64,000 nt of DNA, taken from contig NC_043005.1 in the NCBI RefSeq assembly GCF_006345805.1, forward strand, positions 83,328,001 to 83,392,000, given 5' to 3'. The notes beneath the pieces were generated by a model. That model did not search any database and was not told the origin of the DNA. It was given only the letters and a program-made list of their open reading frames with translations. Each line of letters begins with the position of its first letter. Within the stretch, counting starts at the first letter, position 1. Position numbers and translations under genes: made by a program. Below, in pieces: positions 56,186-64,000 of the stretch. Source of the stretch: Octopus sinensis (lineage: Eukaryota).

Positions 56186-57537
56186 ATGCTTAGGAACATT
56201 GGTATAGGTTTTATATGATATTTCAATACAGTAATGTATCATATTTTATTAGGATATCTCATTTTACTATAAAGAGAGGTACAACTGGATGTGGTTTCAT
56301 ATGAAGAAAGCACAAGCGCTGATGCTGCATAAAAAGCACCCATGATGGTGCACATAAAAAGCACTTGCACCAGTGTCACATAATGCACACCCATGTCAGT
56401 GCCATGTAAAATGCACCTTTGCTTGTACCACACAAAAATCACCCACCCTGGTGCCACATAAAAAGCACCCTGTACACCCTGTAATGTGGTTGGCAATAGG
56501 AAGGACATCCAACCATAAAAAGCAAACCAAAACAGACAATTGGAGCCTAGTGTAGCTCTCTGGTTTGTCAGCTCCTGTCAAACCATCCAACCCATGCCAG
56601 CATGGAAAAACAGACGTTAAATAAGGAGTAGGGAGATCTCTAATCTTCATTTACATGATCTGTGCCGGTGGCATGTAAAAAGCACCCACTACACTCACGG
56701 AGTGGTTGGCGTTACGAAGGGCATCCAGCTGTAGAAACACTGCCAGATCAGACTGGAGCCTGGTGCAGCCTTCTGGCTTCCCAGATCCCCGGTCGAACCA
56801 TCCAACCCATGCTAGCATGGAGAACAGACGTTAAACGATGATGAAGATGATGTACCAGAGTTAAGGTATTGCTATATATACCTATATTTATTAAGGTGCT
56901 TAAGCACCTGAGAGGCCTTGTATGAACTAGAGTCACTCAGCTGAGACAACCTCAATTCTAAGATAAAATCTTCAGTTTAAGGTGATTTAAGTTAACTCTG
57001 CATTAGTAACTTTGAATTTCTGATAATGGATAGTCTCCTGGGGTGTTTACACACCCCAACACAAAAATGTTTATAGTGTTACAATTATGTAAGCTATTGC
57101 CACACTGCTGAAAAAAATAGCATAACAGGCAATCTCTGTTACAATATACATTAAATCAAAACTTGAACTGAAGATACAATTAATTATTCATTGAAATGAA
57201 TATTATGATTAAATCTGTTGCATAAACATATGTTGTAAATTGTAGATGAAACACACCAATACAATAATAGAGAAAAGTTTTATTCATCAAAAATAGCCAA
57301 GAACTGATGAAAATAAAAAAAGAAAAATCAATGTAAGCTTATTATATAGCCATTGCTGTTCGGTCTGAATCACCACCAGTTAAAAACAAAGTGGTGTCTG
57401 GCTCCCATGATAACTGAGCTACACAGCATGCTACTCACCCAAGTACTCAGGATGCAAAATGCTAGAACAAATATCACAAAGTATTATTCCCGACTGTCTA
57501 GCAGCTCTGTCCAGTTCACCATCTATTTATATATATA

Positions 57538-58735
57538 TTGGGTCATCTCATAAATAATGCGGTTTTTTGCATGAACTAAAAGTCAGAGGGGTATGAGATG
57601 AACTACTTGCATCAACTTGCTATAAAAGCAGGTAGTAATTTTACCTTGTCCTTAGTCTTTAGTGCAAGTTTTGAAGATTGCAGTTTAATTTTAACAGTTA
57701 TATTTTCAAAGGTATAATGGAAGTGACAAAGGAGCATATTCAGCATATTTTGCTTTATGAGTTCAATACAGGCAACAATACAACAGAAAATGCAAGGAAT
57801 ATTAATGCAGTATATGGGGATCAGACAATAAATGTAAGCCAGTGTCAACGGTGGTTCCAAGAATTCTGTGCCAGAAACTACTGCCCAGAAGTCGAGCCTT
57901 TTCCTGGAAGATCTGTAGAGCTCGATGAGGATGTCCTGCAAACCCTGGTAGAACCAAATCCCATTGTAACTGTTGAGGAACTAGCAGAGAAGCTTGGATT
58001 TGGTTATTCAACCATTCATCGACACTGGTATGCCATCGGAAAAGTCAGCAAATTGGGTCAATGGGTTCCTCACAAATTTTCTGAGTCTAATCATACACAT
58101 TGAGTGAATGTGTGCTCTTCTTTGCTGTCACATCTCCTGAATGAACCCTTTTTTGTACTGAATAGTGACTGGTGACAAGAAATAGGTTCTCTATAAAAAT
58201 GTCAAGCACTGAAGACAGTGGTTAGGGAAAGGAGAAACATCAGCACCCAGGCTAAAGGTCTTCATCCATGTAAGGTGTTGTTATCTGTTTGGTGAGATAT
58301 GAAAGGAATAGTCCACTTTGAACTTTTAAACCCAAACCAAACAATAACAAAGGAGACCTATTGCGAGCAGCTTGGCTACATACAGGGAGAATGACATTTC
58401 AAAAGCTGGAGCAGTTTGAATGGGAAATGATCCCCACTCACCATATTCACCAGACATTGCCCCATCTGATTATCATTTATTCTACTGTCTTCAAAATCAT
58501 TTGAATAAAAAAAAATATTAATTCTGTAGACAAGGTCAGAACAGTACTAGAGGAATAGTTTTTATCACAGACAAGTGAATTTTGAAAGAGGGGCCTTACA
58601 AGTCTACCAGAGAGAGATGGAAGAGCATTTCAGAAAATGAAGGAGAGTATATTTTAGATTAAAAAAGAACTTTGTTTATCTTCATTTTGAAAAATAAAAG
58701 TATTAAAAAAATGCATTATTGATGGGATGACACAA
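57538..58735 (+). mobile_element. Mariner transposon, same family as 4-1204, pseudogenised
   Basis: TA|ttgggtcatctcataaataatgcgg at the left and gcattattgatgggatgacacaa at the right. ORF 57678-58103 has the HTH region and WVPHKF; HSPYSPDIAPSDYHLF lies downstream out of frame. Confidence 0.93.
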
Positions 58736-58867
58736 GATATATATATATACATACATATATATATATATATATATATTAGAGGAAAAGGACCCAATATATA
58801 CAATATATATCATATATATATATATCATATGTATATATTATATATATATCATATATATATATATATA

Positions 58868-59270
58868 TAGGTGCAGGAGTGGCTGTGTGGTAAGTAGCTT
58901 GCTAACCAACCACATGGTTCCGGGTTCAGTCCCACTGCGTGGCATCTTGGGCAAGTGTCTTCTGCTATAGCCCCGGGCCGACCAATGCCTTGTGGATTTG
59001 GTAGACGGAAACTGAAAGAAGCCTGTCGTATATATGTATATATATATATGTATGTGTGTCTGTGTTTGTCCCCTAGCATTGCTTGACAACCGATGCTGGT
59101 GTGTTTACGTCCCCGTCACTTAGCGGTTCGGCAAAAGAGACCGATAGAATAAGTACTGGGCTTACAAAGAATAAGTCCCGGGGTCGATTTGCTCGACTAA
59201 AGGCGGTGCTTCAGCATGGCCGCAATCAAATGACTGAAACAAGTAAAAGAGTAAAAGAGTAAAAGAGTAT
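58868..59270 (+). mobile_element. SINE family A, young-looking copy
   Basis: Complete element with most CpGs retained. Confidence 0.88.
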
Positions 59271-60000
59271 ATATACATATATATATATCATCATCATCAT
59301 CATCACATTAAACAATGATGATGATATATATTTATATATATATATATGTGTGTGTGTGTGTATATCTATATCTATATATATATAAAATCATCCGATCGTG
59401 GCCGTTGCCAGGCTCGCCTGGCCTCCGTGCCGGTGACACGTAAAAAGCACCATCCGATCGTGGCCGTTTGCCAGCCTCATCTGGCACATAAAAAGCACCC
59501 ACTACACTCATGGTGTGGTTGGCGTTAGGAAGGGCATCCAGCCATAGAAACATTGCCAGATCAGACTGGGCCTGGTGCAGCCTTCTGGCTTCCCCGACCC
59601 CAGTTGCACCGTCCAACCCCTGCCAGCATGGAGGGCGGACACTAAACGATGATGATGATGATGATGATGATGATGGTTACAAAAAGAAAATAGAAACTAC
59701 ACATGGAAATGTGTACTTACCTCCCTTACACATAATCTTTTTACTCAGAAACTTGTGGACCTGACACCACTCAGTAATCAGTATGCATTCAAAGCAATGA
59801 TTAGTAATTTTACGAAACCGGTATGCTTTTGAATCTCTCTAACAATTCACTAATAATGACTTTTATTACTTTTATTCCTACCTCAGTTCATCTAATTGTA
59901 TATATCTATCCTTACTTTTCATAAAAAGCCTTTACTTTTTTTGATTTCCAATGTGCATTTTCGCTTATTTTTCATTTTACTTTCCCTTTCTCTCTATATA

Positions 60001-60056
<56 letters not shown>

Positions 60057-60204
60057 CCCCACCCACCTTCACTCTAGTGCCTCATATCATTCTGTTATTT
60101 TTCTTACATGACTTTTCTGTAGATTCTTCATATCTTTCCTTATTTTATGTTCTAAGTCACACACACACATACACACACACACATATTATATATATATTTT
60201 TCAG

Positions 60205-60457
60205 GTATGCAAAAGTGGTTGCTATGAAGCAGAAGAACCCCAAGTTGGTTGTACTTTTGTCTGTTGGAGGCTGGAATATGGGTTCTGCACTGTTCACTCA
60301 AATGGCATCAACTCCAGAAAACAGAAAGCAGTTCTACACCAATGCCACAGACTTCCTCAGAACCAGAGGTTTTGATGGTCTAGATATGGACTGGGAATAT
60401 CCAGGTAGCAGGGGCAGTCCACCTGAAGACAAGGAAAAGTTTACCAGTCTGATGCAG
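60205..60457 (+). CDS. GH18 chitinase coding exon 3 (catalytic motif)
   Basis: (M)YAKVVAMKQKNPKLVVLLSVGGWNMGS..RGFDGLDMDWEYPGSRGSPPEDKEKFTSLMQ. Acceptor ttttcag, donor gtatag, phase 2 to 0. Confidence 0.97.
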
Positions 60458-60779
60458 GTATAGAATACATTTTTTGCTTCACTGAAAAGGATAAGCACCC
60501 ACTACACTCATGGAGTGGTTGGCGTTAGGAAGGGCAGTAAATACAAATAAGAACTCTGGCCGAAGTAAGATTAAGATTAATGTAAAAAATAAATAACACT
60601 AAAGCAAAATAACACCAAATATATAGTGCGTGTGTTTTTATTGGCTAAACTGGCAAAATGACCATTCCGAAATATAACAATATCTGTTTCAACACACGAC
60701 TTCACATAAAAAATCTTGCACAACAAATATTTAAACGTATATATATATGCACATACATGTATATATGTATGACAGAGTG

Positions 60780-61070
60780 TAAGCATCTTAAGAGAAGGGT
60801 TGGACATAAGAGGCATCAGGTGTGGTGTGCAAGGAAGATGACTGTGCTGGCATGGTTGGGTGATGTGTATGGGGGAAGAGAGTTGAGTAAAGAAGTGCCA
60901 ATCTCTAACTGTGGAGAGAACCTGTGGAAGAAGTAGACCCAGGAAGACATGGGACGAGGTGGTGAAGTATGATCTTCAAATGCTTGGCCTCATAGAGGCA
61001 ATAACTAGTGACTGAGACCTTTGGCAATATGTTGTACTTGAGAAGACCTATCAAGACGAAGATGAGCATG
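60780..61070 (+). mobile_element. RTE LINE ORF C-terminal fragment
   Basis: ..CGRSRPRKTWDEVVKYDLQMLGL....RDLWQYVVLEKT, typical of the RTE clade. Confidence 0.75.
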
Positions 61071-61771
61071 TAAGCAACAAGCAGATGCATTAGTTTAACA
61101 TTCAAGAAGTGAGAAAGTCTTTTACGTTTCAAGCCTATGCTCTTTGACAGAAAGGAATACAAATAAACAAGGAGAGAAAATAAAATATGTTTATACATAT
61201 GTATGTATGTATGTATGTATGTAGATATATAAAAATGAATATATGTTAATATATATGTAGATTGAAGGTGGCAAGCTGGCAGAATTGTTAGCATGATGGA
61301 TGAAATGCTTAGCGGTATTTCGCCCATTGCTACATTCTGAGTTCAAATTCCACTCAGGTCAAGTATGCCTTTCATTCTTTCGGGTCACTAAATTAAGTAC
61401 CAGTGAAACACTGGGATCAATGTAATCGACTTATCCCCTCCCACAAATTTCAGGCTTTGTGCCTAAAGCAGAAAGGATATATATGTAGATTGGACCCCTG
61501 AACTCAACACATTTCTTTTTTTCATTCCCTTTCTATTTATTTCCCCTTATTCCTTTCTGTCAAAGAGCATAGGTTCAAAACATAGAAGACTTCTCCATTT
61601 TACCTGAGCGTCAAACTAATACACTTACCTGTTGTCCCTACACCTGTCTTTGTCTTTCTATAAATGTGATAAATTTGAACTATATATATATATATATAAA
61701 TGGATGAATGAATTATCCTTTGGTTACCATTGCGTTCAACTCCATTTATTTACTTATACATACATACATAT

Positions 61772-61829
<58 letters not shown>

Positions 61830-61837
61830 ATATATAT

Positions 61838-62245
61838 AAAAGACATGTTGGGGCAAGTGAAATCGAAATCGAATTGAACCAATCCTATTGACTGGCACCC
61901 GGCAGATGCCAGGACCCCTGGACTGGTGGTATGTAAAAAGCACTATCTGACTCGTGGCCGATGCCAGCGCCGCCTCGACTGGCTTCCGTGCCGGTGGCAC
62001 GTAAATTGCACCAATCCGACCGTGGCCGTTGCCAGCCTCGCCTGGCACCTGTGCGGGTGGCACGTAAAAAGCACCCACTACACTCACGGAGTGGTTGGCG
62101 TTAGGAAGGGCATCCAGCTGTAGAAACATTGCCAGATAAGACTGAAGCCTGGTACAGCCTTCTGGCTTCCCAGATCCCCGGTCGAACCGTCCAACCTATG
62201 CTAGCATGGAGAATGGACGTTAAACGATGATGATGATGATGATGA
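61838..62245 (+). mobile_element. RTE 3'UTR copy, young-looking
   Basis: Colinear with ~20940-21322 from aagacatgttggggcaag to (gat)n. Confidence 0.88.
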
Positions 62246-62615
62246 TATATATATATATAAAATTAGTATGTGTGTCTGTGCTTTATGACTAAAACTGCAG
62301 TTTATATACACAGATGTATGTAAATATATAAGTTAATTTGCTTGTGCCTTTTTCCTTTGCAATATCATAGATTCTTCCCCCTCCCTGTCTCTCTCTCTCT
62401 TATTAAATGATATAAAATGTCTCAATTATTCTAAGAAAATGTTAACATAAACTTCAAAGTTTCAGTTTACTGGTCTTCATCAGTCTTTGAAGTCTGATGA
62501 TGACCAATAAACATTTTTATGTAAAAATTAATAATACTGTATATATCTATGTGTGTGTGTGCAAGTGTGCACATATGTGTGTATATACTAATTTCCAAAT
62601 TTCTGTATATTCCAG

Positions 62616-62740
62616 GAAACTAGTGGATATTTTACAACAGAAGCAAGAGACTCCAACAAGACACGTTTATATTTGACTGCTTCAGTCCCAGCTGGCAAGA
62701 AAACTATTGATCCAGGTTTTAATATCCAAGCTCTTTCCAG
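62616..62740 (+). CDS. GH18 chitinase coding exon 4 (gene continues beyond the window)
   Basis: ETSGYFTTEARDSNKTRLYLTASVPAGKKTIDPGFNIQALS(R) matches the GH18 RL.LTAAVPAG region. Acceptor tattccag, donor gtaaat, phase 0 to 2. Confidence 0.92.
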
Positions 62741-62928
62741 GTAAATTATACACACACACACATACACAAATGTTTGTTTTTATGTTCAGTTATAATAAGA
62801 ACAATTTTACATTAATCTGATGGGTTACTCTATACTGTTGCAGTGTACAAATTTATTATTCTCAAACAAGGATATTGTCGACAGCAACTTGGAAGTTACA
62901 GCCAGTTAAGCCATTATTATATGTGTAC

Positions 62929-62994
<66 letters not shown>

Positions 62995-64000
62995 AAAGGA
63001 AAGTTTACGAAAAAAAACAAAAGACGAAGACAGGTGGTGTACAAAACAAACAGATGTATTAGTATAACGCTCAGGAATAGAAAAAGTCTTTTACATTTCA
63101 AGCCTACGCTCTTCTACAGAAAGGTACACAGAAAAAACAAGGAGAGAAAAAAAAATGTGTGTAGTGGCTAACGATCTATCATGGTGTCATATATATATAT
63201 ATATATGTTTATACACATTGAAGCCTGTGCAGTCTTCTGCCTAACCAGCTCCTGTCAACTGTCAAACCGCCCAACCCATGTCAGCATGGAAAGCGAATTT
63301 TAAATGATAATGATGATGATGATATATATATAATGGAGTTATTAGCAAGGGATGATCAAGCTCTCTGTTAGTACAACAGGCTTACAACATTGTTCATATT
63401 AGTAAAGAACTCCACGATTTGTTGTGATAGGCTCCGAGGTTACAGTTCATCACCATTCTGTATTGTAAATTTGTGGTTGTGCCCCAGTTATTTTTACACA
63501 GAATGATATACAAGACAGGGTATAAATAATTGCCATCATATATTTCTCCTTATTATAGTAAATTTGCTTTACAGCTGTTTCCAGTTATTGTTATAGGTTC
63601 ATAATTGTTAGGTTTACTCAGTTGGTCTGTTGATCAGTCGAATAACATTGAACAACCTAGCAAGTTAATGCTACTTTCAATAGATTCATTTCTGGATCCT
63701 GTCAAGCCAACCAACCAACCCATGCCACTATGAAATATGCACATTAAAAGAATAAGGTGAAGATGATGACAGCGATTATGATGCTAGTGGTGGTGGTGAT
63801 GGTCATAGTAACAACTACAATTTAAACAAACTAGAAGAAATGGGATATTTCTGATGACAAAGTTGATGCATTTAAGTGTTAGTGGTTAATTTTGCATGAA
63901 GGGGTAAGTTCTGTGACAGACAACAAACTGTACCCCATGCACAATATTTCTCTACTGTGTGTGTGTGTGTGTGTGTGTATTACTCTTTACTCTTTTACTT

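Noticed and set aside
59951-60204. N-terminal part of the 170-aa ORF 59951-60463
   Set aside because: It is intronic microsatellite read-through; the real exon starts at 60205.
63560-63620. Possible chitinase exon 5 after tttgctttacag
   Set aside because: In-frame stop within a few codons and no expected D(F/Y)xxxMxYD motif; the next exon lies beyond the window.

Overview
Eukaryotic, AT-rich, repeat-dominated DNA. The SINE families, RTE 3' tails and microsatellite density look like an octopus (coleoid cephalopod) genome; this is inferred, not proven. Two protein-coding genes are well supported. (1) A single-coding-exon PLAC8/cornifelin-family gene at 15558-15881 (+), inside a CpG-retaining island. 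(2) The first four coding exons of a secreted GH18 chitinase (+): 45176-45236, 48492-48687, 60205-60457 and 62616-62740. These exons splice in frame through canonical GT/AG sites, keep an intact DxDxE motif, and the gene continues past the window. The rest is mostly transposon debris: three near-full-length dead mariners, a maT/DD37D remnant, three Helitrons, RTE, R4/Dong-like and Penelope fragments, three tRNA-derived SINE families, several MITEs and many microsatellites. Most ORFs in the supplied track are microsatellite or repeat artefacts. I found no prokaryotic-type system and nothing I can call a proven new system. The best leads are a possible unannotated micro-exon gene at 3.4-11 kb, a methylation boundary readable from twin MITEs, back-to-back Helitrons, long hairpins that could be ADAR substrates, and a 1.76-kb intronic tandem duplication. 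Repeat boundaries are approximate unless terminal motifs are quoted.
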